From the NCBI GenBank assembly GCA_964504425.1, contig CAZDFF010000001.1:1-50418 (forward strand): 50,418 bases of DNA, written 5' to 3'. Position 1 is the stretch's first letter. Every line of letters starts with the position of its first letter. This document shows, one piece after another, positions 1 to 8,751 of this stretch. Source of the DNA: an uncultured Hyphomicrobiales bacterium. GTDB taxonomy: Bacteria; Pseudomonadota; Alphaproteobacteria; Rhodospirillales; 2-12-FULL-67-15. Under the pieces are notes generated by a model. It was given only the letters and a program-made list of their open reading frames with translations. It did no database searches and was not told where the DNA came from. Position numbers and translations under genes: made by a program.

Positions 1-156
1 GTCGCGGCCCTTGATCGGTCCGAGCGAGAATTCCGCCACCGGTTTGTCGATCAGCACCGACGGGATCGCCTTCGGGTCCTTGGTCAGGCCGACGGCGAAG
101 TACCCGGCGATCACCAGGAACACCACGAGCGGCAGCAGGAAATACCAGCGGTTCAC
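1..156 (-). CDS. ccmG: Thiol:disulfide interchange protein CcmG/DsbE, N-terminal part only (continues past the left edge)
   Basis: It is open-ended, so it is absent from the ORF track. Minus-strand translation from GTG (rc of 154-156) gives VNRWYFLLPLVVFLVIAGYFAVGLTKDPKAIPSVLIDKPVAEFSLGPIKGRD. That is one membrane anchor followed by the start of a periplasmic thioredoxin-like domain, as in CcmG/DsbE. It lies 10 nt downstream of the ccmF stop. Confidence 0.65.
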   Translation of the reverse strand, partial: MNRWYFLLPLVVFLVIAGYFAVGLTKDPKAIPSVLIDKPVAEFSLGPIKGRD

Positions 157-166
157 GGGAATGTTC

Positions 167-2140
167 TCAGGCCTCGGCCGCGGCGACGGCACGCCGTCGC
201 GAGGGCGCGCCGACCCGATAGCGCCGGTCCGAAATGCTGATGGCGCCGCCCGCCACCATGACCAGCGTGCCGATCCACATCCAGACCACCAGCGGATTGA
301 AATAAATGCGGGTGACGTAGGCCCCTTGGTCGCCTTCCTTGTCGCCGATCACGACGTAGATATCGCCCAACAGGGTGGGATGGATCGCGGCCTCGGTGGT
401 CGGCATCTGGCGCACGCCGTAAACGCGCTTCTCGGGGTGCAGCGTCAGGTTGCTGCCGCGACCGGTGACCGTGAAAACGCCCTCGGTGACGGAATAATTC
501 GGTCCTTGGCCGTCTTTGGCGCCCTTGAACGCGAAGGTATAGCCGGCGATCTTCACCGTGTCGCCCGGCTTCATGGCTTGGATGTGTTCGACCTTCCAGG
601 CGGTGCCGGCCATGCCGACGATGGCGAGCGCGAGCCCGGCGTGGGCCAGCGTCATGCCCCAGCTTGCGCGCGGCTGGCGCACGAGTCGTTTGAAACTTTC
701 CATCGGCGGAGCGCGGAACAGTCGAACGCGTTCCGCCAATTCGACCAACGTGCCGCCCAAAAGCCATGCGCCCAGCGCGACGCCGACCACGCCGAGAAGC
801 GAATCCCCCGTGGTCACGACCCAGACGACGATGGCGATGGCGATCGCGCCGGCGAACGCCAGCCACAGCCGTTTCAACGCGGGCGCCAGGTCGGCGCGCT
901 TCCAAGTCAGCAGCGGTCCGACCGCCATGGCGACGATCATCGGCGCGACCAGCGGAATGAACACGGCGTTGAAGAAGGGCGGGCCGACGGAAACCTTGCC
1001 GCCGCCGACCGCATCCAGGAACAGCGGATAAAGCGTGCCGAGCAGCACCGCCGCCGCCGCCGTGGTCATGACCAGATTGTTCAGCAGCAGGCCGCCCTCG
1101 CGCGAGATCGGCTGGAACACGCCGGTGCTTCGGAGCTGCGGGCCGCGCCAGGCGAACAAGGCGAACGAGCCGCCGATGACGACCACCAGCAGCATGAGGA
1201 TGAAAACGCCCCGCGCCGGATCGGTGGCGAAGGCGTGAACCGAGGTCAGCACGCCCGAGCGCACCAGGAAGGTGCCGAGCAGGCTGAGCGAGAACGTGAC
1301 GATGGCGAGGAAGATGGTCCAGCCCTTCAGCGTGTCGCGCTTTTCGACCACGATCGCGGTGTGCAGCAGCGCGGTGCCGGCGAGCCACGGCATGAAGGAG
1401 GCGTTCTCGACCGGGTCCCAGTACCACCAGCCGCCCCAGCCGAGTTCGTAATAGGCCCACCACGATCCCAGCATGATTCCGGCGGTCAGGAAGCACCACG
1501 CCGCCAGCGTCCAGGGTCGCACCCAGCGCGCCCAGGCGGCGTCGACCCGGCCTTCGATCAGGGCGGCAATCGCAAATGAGAACGCCATCGAAAAGCCGAC
1601 GTAGCCGAGATAGAGCATCGGCGGATGGAAGGCGAGGCCGGGGTCCTGCAGCAGCGGGTTCAAATCCTGGCCGTCCAAGGGCGGTGGCCAGACGCGGGCG
1701 AACGGGTTCGAGGTGAGCAGCATGAACAGGTAGAAGCCGACGGCGATGCCGGCCTGCACGGAGAGCACGCGGGCGCGCAGGCCGGGCGGCAGGTTGCCGC
1801 CGAAAAACGCGACGGCGGATCCGAACACGGCCAGGATCAGGACCCACAGCAGCATCGAGCCTTCGTGGTTTCCCCACACGCCGGAAATTTTGTAAAGCAG
1901 CGGCTTCAGCGTGTGCGAATTCTGCACCACGATGGCGAGCGAGAAGTCCGACACGACGAAGGAATACGTCAGGCAGGCGAACGAAAAAAGCACCAGGCCG
2001 AATTGGGCGACCGCGGCGGCGGGGCCGAACGCCATCCACACCGCGTCGTTGCGCGCGGCGCCAATCATCGGCAACGCCGTCTGCGCGACGGCGACGATGA
2101 GCGCGAGAACGAGCGCGAAATGTCCGGCTTCGGCGATCAT
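167..2140 (-). CDS. ccmF: Cytochrome c-type biogenesis protein CcmF (heme lyase component)
   Basis: Uses the track frame 167..2161. I trimmed the start to the ATG at 2140 (MIAEAGHFALVLAL...), which overlaps the ccmE stop as ATGA. It is polytopic and carries the Trp-rich heme-handling motif WGGWWYWDPVEN. Confidence 0.93.
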   Translation of the reverse strand: MIAEAGHFALVLALIVAVAQTALPMIGAARNDAVWMAFGPAAAVAQFGLVLFSFACLTYSFVVSDFSLAIVVQNSHTLKPLLYKISGVWGNHEGSMLLWVLILAVFGSAVAFFGGNLPPGLRARVLSVQAGIAVGFYLFMLLTSNPFARVWPPPLDGQDLNPLLQDPGLAFHPPMLYLGYVGFSMAFSFAIAALIEGRVDAAWARWVRPWTLAAWCFLTAGIMLGSWWAYYELGWGGWWYWDPVENASFMPWLAGTALLHTAIVVEKRDTLKGWTIFLAIVTFSLSLLGTFLVRSGVLTSVHAFATDPARGVFILMLLVVVIGGSFALFAWRGPQLRSTGVFQPISREGGLLLNNLVMTTAAAAVLLGTLYPLFLDAVGGGKVSVGPPFFNAVFIPLVAPMIVAMAVGPLLTWKRADLAPALKRLWLAFAGAIAIAIVVWVVTTGDSLLGVVGVALGAWLLGGTLVELAERVRLFRAPPMESFKRLVRQPRASWGMTLAHAGLALAIVGMAGTAWKVEHIQAMKPGDTVKIAGYTFAFKGAKDGQGPNYSVTEGVFTVTGRGSNLTLHPEKRVYGVRQMPTTEAAIHPTLLGDIYVVIGDKEGDQGAYVTRIYFNPLVVWMWIGTLVMVAGGAISISDRRYRVGAPSRRRAVAAAEA

Positions 2141-2577
2141 TTCTTGTCCTGGCCCTTCCATTGGCCCGATTTCTTGATCGCGTCGGCGACCTCGGGCGGC
2201 ATGTAGTTCTCGTCGTGCTTGGCGAGCACTTCCTCGGCCTTGAACGTGTCGCCGATCATGCGGCCTTCCATCACCACCCCCTGGCCTTCGCGGAACAGGT
2301 CGGGGAGGATTCCCTTGTAGGTCACGGGGACCGTCTTCGCCGTGTCGGTGACGCGGAACGACACCATCGCGTCGGCGCCGCGCTTGACGCTTCCTTCCTC
2401 CACCAAGCCGCCGAGGCGAATGCGCCGGTCCGGCGGAACCGGCTCGGCGAAAAGCTGCGACGGCGTGCGGAACAGCGACACGTGCTTTCCGGTCGCCATC
2501 AGGATCAGTCCGGTGGCGCTCGCCAGCAGCACCATCGCGATGCCGACGAAGATGAGACGCTTATGCTTGCGCTTCAT
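2137..2577 (-). CDS. ccmE: Cytochrome c maturation heme chaperone CcmE
   Basis: 146 aa with an N-terminal anchor and an OB-fold-like body. The C-terminal heme-binding context is KHDENYMPPEV. The start overlaps the ccmD stop (ATGA). Confidence 0.93.
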   Translation of the reverse strand: MKRKHKRLIFVGIAMVLLASATGLILMATGKHVSLFRTPSQLFAEPVPPDRRIRLGGLVEEGSVKRGADAMVSFRVTDTAKTVPVTYKGILPDLFREGQGVVMEGRMIGDTFKAEEVLAKHDENYMPPEVADAIKKSGQWKGQDKK

Positions 2578-2750
2578 GGGGCGCCCCCGTCGCTGTCGCT
2601 TTCCAGCGCGATCAAGGCGGCCTCGTTCTTTTTCAGGAATCGTGCCGTCGCGATGTAGATGCCGACCAGCACCGCGAGGGTCAGTGCGTAGCTCGGCCAG
2701 ACGTAGCCGCCGTAGCCGCCCATGTGGAAAAAGTTCTCGAAGCCGCTCAT
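2574..2750 (-). CDS. ccmD: Heme exporter protein CcmD (small membrane protein)
   Basis: This is the last 58 codons of track ORF 2574..3452: MSGFENFFHMGGYGGYVWPSYALTLAVLVGIYIATARFLKKNEAALIALESDSDGGAP. It has a single TM helix. The ATG at 2748-2750 overlaps the ccmC stop (ATGA), and the position between ccmC and ccmE is canonical. Confidence 0.8.
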   Translation of the reverse strand: MSGFENFFHMGGYGGYVWPSYALTLAVLVGIYIATARFLKKNEAALIALESDSDGGAP

Positions 2751-3520
2751 CGTTCGGCCTCGGCGGCGAACGCTCCCGAGGGAACCGGCCCCCCGTGGAC
2801 GCGCTTCAGGCGCCGCGCGCGTACCTTGCCGGCGACGATCTCGCCTTCCATGCGCGTCAACAGCACCCACACATAATAAAGCTTGAAGGCGAGCGCCATG
2901 ATCAGCAGCGGCGTCAGCATGCTGGAATGGATCGCGGGTCCGCCGATCCGCAGCACGCTGGCCGGCTGGTGCAGCGTGTTCCACCAGTCGACCGAGAACT
3001 TGATGATCGGCACGTTGACGAAGCCGACCAAGGCCAGCACGGCGGCGGCCTTGGCGCCGCGCGTCGCGTCGTCGAACGCGTTCGACAGCGCCATGTAGCC
3101 CAAATAAAGAAAGAACAGCACCAGCACCGAGGTCAGGCGCGCGTCCCACACCCACCACGTGCCCCACATCGGCTTGCCCCACAGCGATCCGGTCACCAGC
3201 GCCAGGAAGGTGAACGCGGCGCCGACCGGCGCAGTCGATTTGGCGGCGATGTCGGCCAGCGGATGGCGCCAAATCAACGCGACGGCGCTCGATACCGCCA
3301 TGACGGTGTAGCAGAACAATGCCATCCACGCCGCCGGTACATGGATATACATGATGCGCACGCTTTCGCCCTGCTGGTAATCGCGCGGCGAGGCGACAAG
3401 CGCCAGGTAAAGCCCGACGGCGGCGAGAATCAGCGTCAGCGCCGCCGCCCACGGGCGCACGGCCCGCGCCAGGCGCAGAAATCGGTTGGGGTTCGCGAAC
3501 CAGTCGAGCCGTTTCATCAC
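2747..3520 (-). CDS. ccmC: Heme exporter protein CcmC
   Basis: 257 aa, polytopic, with the Trp-rich motif WGKPMWGTWWVWDARL typical of CcmC. Confidence 0.93.
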   Translation of the reverse strand: MMKRLDWFANPNRFLRLARAVRPWAAALTLILAAVGLYLALVASPRDYQQGESVRIMYIHVPAAWMALFCYTVMAVSSAVALIWRHPLADIAAKSTAPVGAAFTFLALVTGSLWGKPMWGTWWVWDARLTSVLVLFFLYLGYMALSNAFDDATRGAKAAAVLALVGFVNVPIIKFSVDWWNTLHQPASVLRIGGPAIHSSMLTPLLIMALAFKLYYVWVLLTRMEGEIVAGKVRARRLKRVHGGPVPSGAFAAEAER

Positions 3521-3611
3521 ACGTTCACTTCGCCTTCAAGGAAACGAAAACTCGCCCCCGCGCGGCCTTCGGTTCCAATTCGTTCGGCGCATTGTCCAAC
3601 ATAAGAAGGCC

Positions 3612-4277
3612 TCATTCCAGGGCCTGGCGGACCGCCGCCGATGCCGCGAACGGAGCCAGGGCCAAGGCCGCCAACAGCAGCCCGCCCAGGAACAGGAACG
3701 GCGCGGCGGAAGGGAGGCCTTGCAGCGCCGCATCGACGGCGCCGACCCCGAATATGAGAACGGGAATGAACAGCGGCAAGACCAGCAGCGACAGCAGCAC
3801 GCCGCCGCGCCGGGAGCCCAAAATCAGCCCGGCGCCGATCGCGCCGATCAGGCTGAGCGTGGGCGTGCCGAGCGCCAGCGCGCCGATCAAGGCCAGGAAA
3901 CCGTCGGCGTTCATGTTCATCAACACCGCCAGCAAGGGGGCGGCGACGATCAGGGGCAGGCCGGTGGTCAGCCAGTGCGCCGCGACCTTGGCGACGACAA
4001 TCAGTTCCAGCGGCACCGGCGACAGCGACAGGAGTTCGAGGCTGCCGTCCTCGTGGTCGTTTTGGAACAGGCGTTCGAGCGACAGCATGGAGGCCAGCAG
4101 CGCCGCGACCCAGATCGTGCCGGCGGCGATCCGCGCCAGCACGTTCGGTTCCGGGCCGACGCCGAACGGGAACAGCACCACGGCGAGGACGAAGAACATG
4201 ACCACCATCAGGCTGTCCATGCCCTGGCGCAGCGCCAGGCGGACATCGCGGCGGACGAGAGCGAGAAGCGCGCTCAC
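3612..4277 (-). CDS. ccmB: Heme exporter permease CcmB
   Basis: Uses the track frame 3612..4445. The Arg-rich N-terminal extension overlaps ccmA and was discarded. I set the start to the GTG at 4275-4277 (VSALLALVRRDVRLALRQG...), which overlaps the ccmA stop as GTGA. The result is a hydrophobic protein of about 221 aa. Confidence 0.85.
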   Translation of the reverse strand: MSALLALVRRDVRLALRQGMDSLMVVMFFVLAVVLFPFGVGPEPNVLARIAAGTIWVAALLASMLSLERLFQNDHEDGSLELLSLSPVPLELIVVAKVAAHWLTTGLPLIVAAPLLAVLMNMNADGFLALIGALALGTPTLSLIGAIGAGLILGSRRGGVLLSLLVLPLFIPVLIFGVGAVDAALQGLPSAAPFLFLGGLLLAALALAPFAASAAVRQALE

Positions 4278-4891
4278 GATCCGGTTCCTTGTCCGAGATC
4301 GAGGCCGGTCGCGCCGTCGAGGCCGAGGTCCGCATGGGTCGAAACCACGACCATGCCGCCGTTCGCGCGATGCTTGGCGATGGCGTCGCGCAGCAATGCG
4401 GTCGCCGTCTTGTCCAAGGCGGTCGCCGGCTCGTCGAGCAGCCACAAGGGCGCGGGCGCGGCCAAGACGCGGGCCAGGGCGACGCGCCGCTTCTGTCCGG
4501 CGGACAGGAACCGGCCCGGCACGTCCATGAGATGGCGGATGCCGAAGGCGTCGAGCGCGCCGCCGACGTCGCCGCCGCCGCGCAGGGCGGCCCAGAAGGA
4601 CACGTTCTCGGCGGCCGTGAGCACCGGCTTCACCGCGTCGAGATGCCCGACGTAATGCAGGCGCGCGTGGTGCAGGTCGGGATCGGCGAAGGCATCGGCG
4701 TCGTCCCAGCGCACGGCGCCGGCGGCCGGCCGCAGCAGCCCGGCCATCAGGCGAAGCAGGGAGGACTTGCCGCTGCCGTTGGCGCCGGTCAGCACCAGGG
4801 CGCCGCCCGACGAAAGGGCGAAGCCGAGGCCTTGGAACACCGTCCGCTCGCCCCGGATGCAGGTCAGGTCGTGGCCGGTAAAGCGGTTCAT
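4274..4891 (-). CDS. ccmA: Heme ABC exporter ATP-binding protein CcmA
   Basis: Uses the track frame 4274..5038, trimmed to the ATG at 4889-4891 (MNRFTGHDLTCIRGER...). Walker A is GANGSGKS, the signature is LSAGQKRR and Walker B is LWLLDEP. Confidence 0.9.
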   Translation of the reverse strand: MNRFTGHDLTCIRGERTVFQGLGFALSSGGALVLTGANGSGKSSLLRLMAGLLRPAAGAVRWDDADAFADPDLHHARLHYVGHLDAVKPVLTAAENVSFWAALRGGGDVGGALDAFGIRHLMDVPGRFLSAGQKRRVALARVLAAPAPLWLLDEPATALDKTATALLRDAIAKHRANGGMVVVSTHADLGLDGATGLDLGQGTGS

Positions 4892-4990
4892 TGCGAGACG
4901 GTCCAGGGTCGCGGCGGCGAAGGCGGCGACCCTATCGGAAAAAGCCGGAAAAATGAAGGAAACCCGCGTGGGCCATGGGCGGGCACAAAG

Positions 4991-5020
4991 AAAAAGCGGC
5001 CGGGAGGGGGGCCCGGCCGC
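4991..5020 (-). terminator. Rho-independent terminator (minus strand), roughly 180 nt downstream of the ligase-ABC operon
   Basis: A 9-bp GC stem, GCGGCCGGG (4996-5004) pairing with CCCGGCCGC (5012-5020), with a 7-nt loop. On the minus strand it is followed by TTTTT (rc of 4991-4995). Confidence 0.7.
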
Positions 5021-5199
5021 TTGAAGTGAACCGGCCATTGCGGCCGGATCGAAGGAGCCGAGGAGGGGGGTCCCCGGCCCATAGACGAGGAGGTCTATGT
5101 GATGAATAGATAATACGGGGAATGTGGCGATTTTATGCCTCCCCGTTCACATCGCCGTGAGGGAGACAAGCCATTGAAATCGAGCGGTAAATAAGACTC

Positions 5200-6447
5200 T
5201 TAGGTTAGCTTTCGGCGGTCTTCCACAATCTTGCCGTCGTTGGGCAGGCCGTTCACGGCGACCAGCGCGACCTCGCCGCGCAGCTTGCAGACCGCCTGCA
5301 CCGTTTCGGCGATTCGCGCCGCCAGCGCCGGATCGGTGCTCGCCGTCTCGCACATCAGCACCATCGTATCCTTGCCGTCGGCCTGATCGACGACCAGGCG
5401 TGCCCGGGAAATCTCGGGGTGGCGCTTCGCGATATCGGCGACCTGGGCGGGGTGGACGAACATGCCGCGCACCTTGGTCGTCTGGTCGGCGCGGCCCATC
5501 CATCCCTTCAGCCGCATGTTGGTGCGCCCGCAGGCGCTTCGCCCGTCGGCGATGGCGGAAAGATCACCGGTGGCGAAACGGATCAGCGGATAGTCCTCGG
5601 CGAAGGTGGTGACGACGACCTCGCCGACCTCCCCGTCGGGCAGCGGATCGCCGGTGCCGGGGCGCAAAATTTCGACGATCAGCGATTCCTCGACGACGAA
5701 ACCGTCCTTGGGCGGCCCTTCGTAGGCGATCATGCCGAGATCGGCGCTGGCGTAGCATTGATAAAGATCGACGCCGTAGGCCTGGATGTCGGCGCGCAGC
5801 GACGGCGGCAGCGCCTCGCCCGCGACCAGCGCCTTCTTCAGCGAGGAATGATCGGCGCCGATTTCCTTCGCCTTCTCCAGGATCGTCTTCAGGAACGACG
5901 GCGTGCCGCTGTAGCCTGTCGGCCGAATATCGGCGATGGCGCGCACCTGCAATTCGGTCTGCCCGACGCCGGCGGGAAAGACGGCGCAGCCGAGCGCGTG
6001 CGCGCCTTCCTCCAGCATCATACCTGCCGGCGTGAAGTGGTACGCGAACGCGTTGTGCAGGATATCGCCCTTGCGGAAGCCGGCGGCGTAAAGGCCGCGC
6101 GCCACGCGCCACCAGTCCGCGCCGAATCCTTCGGCATCGTAGGTCGGACCCGGCGATTGGAAAATGCGCGCGAGTGCGCCAGGTCGCACCGCGGTCAGAC
6201 CGCCGAGCGGCGGATCGTCCTTCTGGATCGTCACCAGGTCGGACTTGCGCGTGACCGGCAGGCCGGCCAGCGCCTTCCTGTCCGTCACCGCGTCGGCGTC
6301 CACGTCTTTCAGCAGCTTGGCGAAATACGGTGCGTTCGTTTTCGCGTGCGCGACGTGCGCGGGCAGGCGCGCGAACAGATCGCGCTCGCGCGCTTCCGGG
6401 TCGCGGATTTCGAGGGCATCGTAGAATGCGGCGGAAGTCGCGGCCAT
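5200..6447 (-). CDS. Phenylacetate-CoA ligase-like / coenzyme F390 synthetase-family adenylate-forming enzyme
   Basis: 415 aa with PaaK-family length and layout. It has the P-loop-like GYSGTPSF segment and a C-terminal small domain. It is the last gene of the ABC operon. Confidence 0.75.
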   Translation of the reverse strand: MAATSAAFYDALEIRDPEARERDLFARLPAHVAHAKTNAPYFAKLLKDVDADAVTDRKALAGLPVTRKSDLVTIQKDDPPLGGLTAVRPGALARIFQSPGPTYDAEGFGADWWRVARGLYAAGFRKGDILHNAFAYHFTPAGMMLEEGAHALGCAVFPAGVGQTELQVRAIADIRPTGYSGTPSFLKTILEKAKEIGADHSSLKKALVAGEALPPSLRADIQAYGVDLYQCYASADLGMIAYEGPPKDGFVVEESLIVEILRPGTGDPLPDGEVGEVVVTTFAEDYPLIRFATGDLSAIADGRSACGRTNMRLKGWMGRADQTTKVRGMFVHPAQVADIAKRHPEISRARLVVDQADGKDTMVLMCETASTDPALAARIAETVQAVCKLRGEVALVAVNGLPNDGKIVEDRRKLT

Positions 6448-6467
6448 CCGGTCGGTTCCGGCGGCGG

Positions 6468-7283
6468 TCAGGCGAGCCAGCGCTTGCGCCGGCGGTAGTG
6501 CTTGACGTCGCGGAAGCTGCGCCGGCCGCCGGACGAAAGGCCGAGATAGAATTCCTTCACGTCCTCGTTCTCGCGCAGGGCCTTGGCCTCACCGTCCATG
6601 ACGACGCGGCCGTTCTCCAGGATATAGCCGTAGTGGGCGTACTTTAGCGCGATCATGGTGTTCTGCTCGGCCAGCAGCAGGCTCACCTTCTCCTCGACGT
6701 TCAGAAGGTGGACGATCTCGAAGATTTCCTCGACCAGCTGCGGCGCCAGGCCCATGGAAGGCTCATCGAGCAGGATCGCGGTCGGGTTCGCCATCAGCGC
6801 CCGACCGATCGCGGTCATCTGCTGTTCGCCGCCGGACGTGTAGCCGGCCTGGCTGCTCCGCCGTTCCTTCAGGCGCGGAAAATAGTGATAGACCTTCTCC
6901 AGGCTCTGCTGGATGCCGCCGCGCCCGTCCTTGCGCGTGTAGGCGCCGGTCATCAGGTTTTCTTCGACGGTCAGGTGTTCGAAGCAGTGGCGTCCTTCCA
7001 TCACCTGGATGACGCCCTTCTTCACAAGGTCCGACGGCGTCAGGTCCTCGACCCGTTCGCCGCGGAAGAGGATATTGCCTTTGGTCACGTCGCCGCGCTC
7101 GGCCTTCAACAGGTTCGAGATGGCTTTCAGCGTCGTCGACTTGCCGGCCCCGTTGGCCCCGAGGAGGGCGACGACGCCCCCCTCGGGTACCGTCAGGGAC
7201 ACGCCTTTGAGCACCAAGATCACGTGGTCGTAGATGACCTCGATGTTGTTAACGCTCAAGAGCGGCGTCTCTGTCGCGGTCAC
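6468..7283 (-). CDS. Branched-chain-amino-acid-type ABC transporter ATP-binding protein (LivF-like) with a basic C-terminal tail
   Basis: Walker A is GANGAGKST, the signature is TSGGEQQM and Walker B is ILLDEPS. After the usual ...KEFYLG end there is an extra tail, LSSGGRRSFRDVKHYRRRKRWLA. Confidence 0.88.
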   Translation of the reverse strand: MTATETPLLSVNNIEVIYDHVILVLKGVSLTVPEGGVVALLGANGAGKSTTLKAISNLLKAERGDVTKGNILFRGERVEDLTPSDLVKKGVIQVMEGRHCFEHLTVEENLMTGAYTRKDGRGGIQQSLEKVYHYFPRLKERRSSQAGYTSGGEQQMTAIGRALMANPTAILLDEPSMGLAPQLVEEIFEIVHLLNVEEKVSLLLAEQNTMIALKYAHYGYILENGRVVMDGEAKALRENEDVKEFYLGLSSGGRRSFRDVKHYRRRKRWLA

Positions 7284-7314
7284 GTCGGGATTTCCCTCGC
7301 TCGTGTCCGCGGCG

Positions 7315-8631
7315 TTACTTGCAGGTCCGCGGCGTGATCTTGTTGGCCTTGGCGTAATCCGCCGCCGCCTTCTCGATCATCGGCCGCACCACGTCCTTCA
7401 TGGGCGAAATCCAGTCGCTCACGAAGGTCCATTGCTTGCCGTCCCACTGTTGCAGGACGACCGGGCCGCCGGTCTCGTGGTCGGCGCAGGAGACCTTCAC
7501 CGGATTGGCGAAGTCCTTCAGGCCCAGTTCCTCGAGCCGTTTCGCGGTGAGGTTCAGGTTCTCGAGACCCCACCGGACCTGTTCGCCGGTCATCGCCTTG
7601 TTGCCGAACTTGCCCATCGCGGTTCGCACGGCTTCGATCCCGTACATCGCGTTGATGATGCCGCGATTGTAGAGGACTTCGCCGATATTGTTCTTCGCGG
7701 CCGCCGCCTTGTCGCCGCCGTAGATGTGCTTGATGATGTCGTCGTGCACCTTGTAGCCGGCGCCGGCGCCGTGGAAGGTGCCCGACTTGTAGCCGATCGC
7801 GGCCTCGCCGGCCGGAATCACGTCGGCTTCGGAACCCGACCACCAGACGCCGATCATATGGTCCATCGGGAAGCGGATCGCGGTGGCTTCCTTGATCGCG
7901 ACCGAGTTCATCACGCCCCAGCCCCAAAGCAGAACCCAGTTCGGACGGTACTGGCGGATTTGCAGCCACGTCGACTTCTGTTCCTGGCCCGGATGGTCGA
8001 CGGCCAAGAGTTTCAGATCGTAGCCGAGTTTCTTGGATAGGGTTTGAAGCGTCGGGATCGGCTCCTTGCCGTAGGCGCTGTTGTGGTAGACGAGCGCGAT
8101 CTTCTTGCCCTTCAGCTTGGCGAGGCCACCTTCCTTGCCGCCGATGTACTTGATGAAGGCCGAGGCCTGGCTCCAGTACGTGGTCGGGAAGTTGAACACC
8201 CATTCGAACACGCGCCCGTCGGCCGCGGCGGTCTGGCCGTAGCCCATGGAAAGAATCGGAATCTTATCGACCGGCGCCTTCGGAATCAGCTGATAGGTGA
8301 TGCCCGTGCTCCAGGGGTTGAACAGCGACGCGCCGGTTTGCCCTTTGCCTTTCAGCTTTTCGTAGCATTCGACGCCCAGCTTGGTGTTGTACTGGGTCTC
8401 GCATTCTTCGATCACGATCTTGACGCCGTTGATGCCGCCGTCGCGCTTGTTCACCATGTTGTAGTAATCGCGCGCGCCGTTCGCCCATGGCGTCCCGCTG
8501 GGGGCGTAGGGGCCGGTGCGGTAGACAAGCATGGGGAAGAATTGTTCGTCCGCGGCCGCTTCCGTGGCCCAGACGGCACTCAACCCCACCGCGGCGCCGA
8601 TGGCGCCGATAAACAGACTGCGCATTTTCAT
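7315..8631 (-). CDS. ABC transporter periplasmic substrate-binding protein (LivK/type I PBP family)
   Basis: 438 aa. The signal peptide is MKMRSLFIGAIGAAVGLSAVWATEAAA. The composition is Leu/Ile/Val-binding-protein-like, and it sits between the permease and ATPase genes. Confidence 0.85.
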   Translation of the reverse strand: MKMRSLFIGAIGAAVGLSAVWATEAAADEQFFPMLVYRTGPYAPSGTPWANGARDYYNMVNKRDGGINGVKIVIEECETQYNTKLGVECYEKLKGKGQTGASLFNPWSTGITYQLIPKAPVDKIPILSMGYGQTAAADGRVFEWVFNFPTTYWSQASAFIKYIGGKEGGLAKLKGKKIALVYHNSAYGKEPIPTLQTLSKKLGYDLKLLAVDHPGQEQKSTWLQIRQYRPNWVLLWGWGVMNSVAIKEATAIRFPMDHMIGVWWSGSEADVIPAGEAAIGYKSGTFHGAGAGYKVHDDIIKHIYGGDKAAAAKNNIGEVLYNRGIINAMYGIEAVRTAMGKFGNKAMTGEQVRWGLENLNLTAKRLEELGLKDFANPVKVSCADHETGGPVVLQQWDGKQWTFVSDWISPMKDVVRPMIEKAAADYAKANKITPRTCK

Positions 8632-8751
8632 CGTTATCCTCCCTTGTGGTTCGTTGTCCTTAACGGCTTCGAATACCTTCTTAATTCGGGTCTTTCGACT
8701 GTATCACGGGGCGGTCCGGCAGGCCATCGAGGATCGCCCTTCGACGTCGGC

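Noticed and set aside
11-2039. 522-aa plus-strand ORF (11-1579) and 628-aa minus-strand ORF (153-2039)
   Set aside because: Both overlap ccmF in other frames. Their products are Arg/Gly/Pro-rich nonsense, whereas ccmF carries the WGGWWYWDPVEN motif.
3486-4655. 389-aa and 312-aa plus-strand ORFs across ccmB and ccmA
   Set aside because: They are antisense to genes that carry clear ABC exporter motifs, and their products are Arg/Gln/Gly-rich.
5087-5112. GAGGAG followed by ATG-TGA (a start-stop) and a 3-codon ATG AAT AGA TAA mini-ORF on the plus strand
   Set aside because: No plus-strand promoter or downstream plus-strand gene is evident. The GAGGAG is more simply the complement of the CU-rich hairpin loop of the minus-strand transcript.
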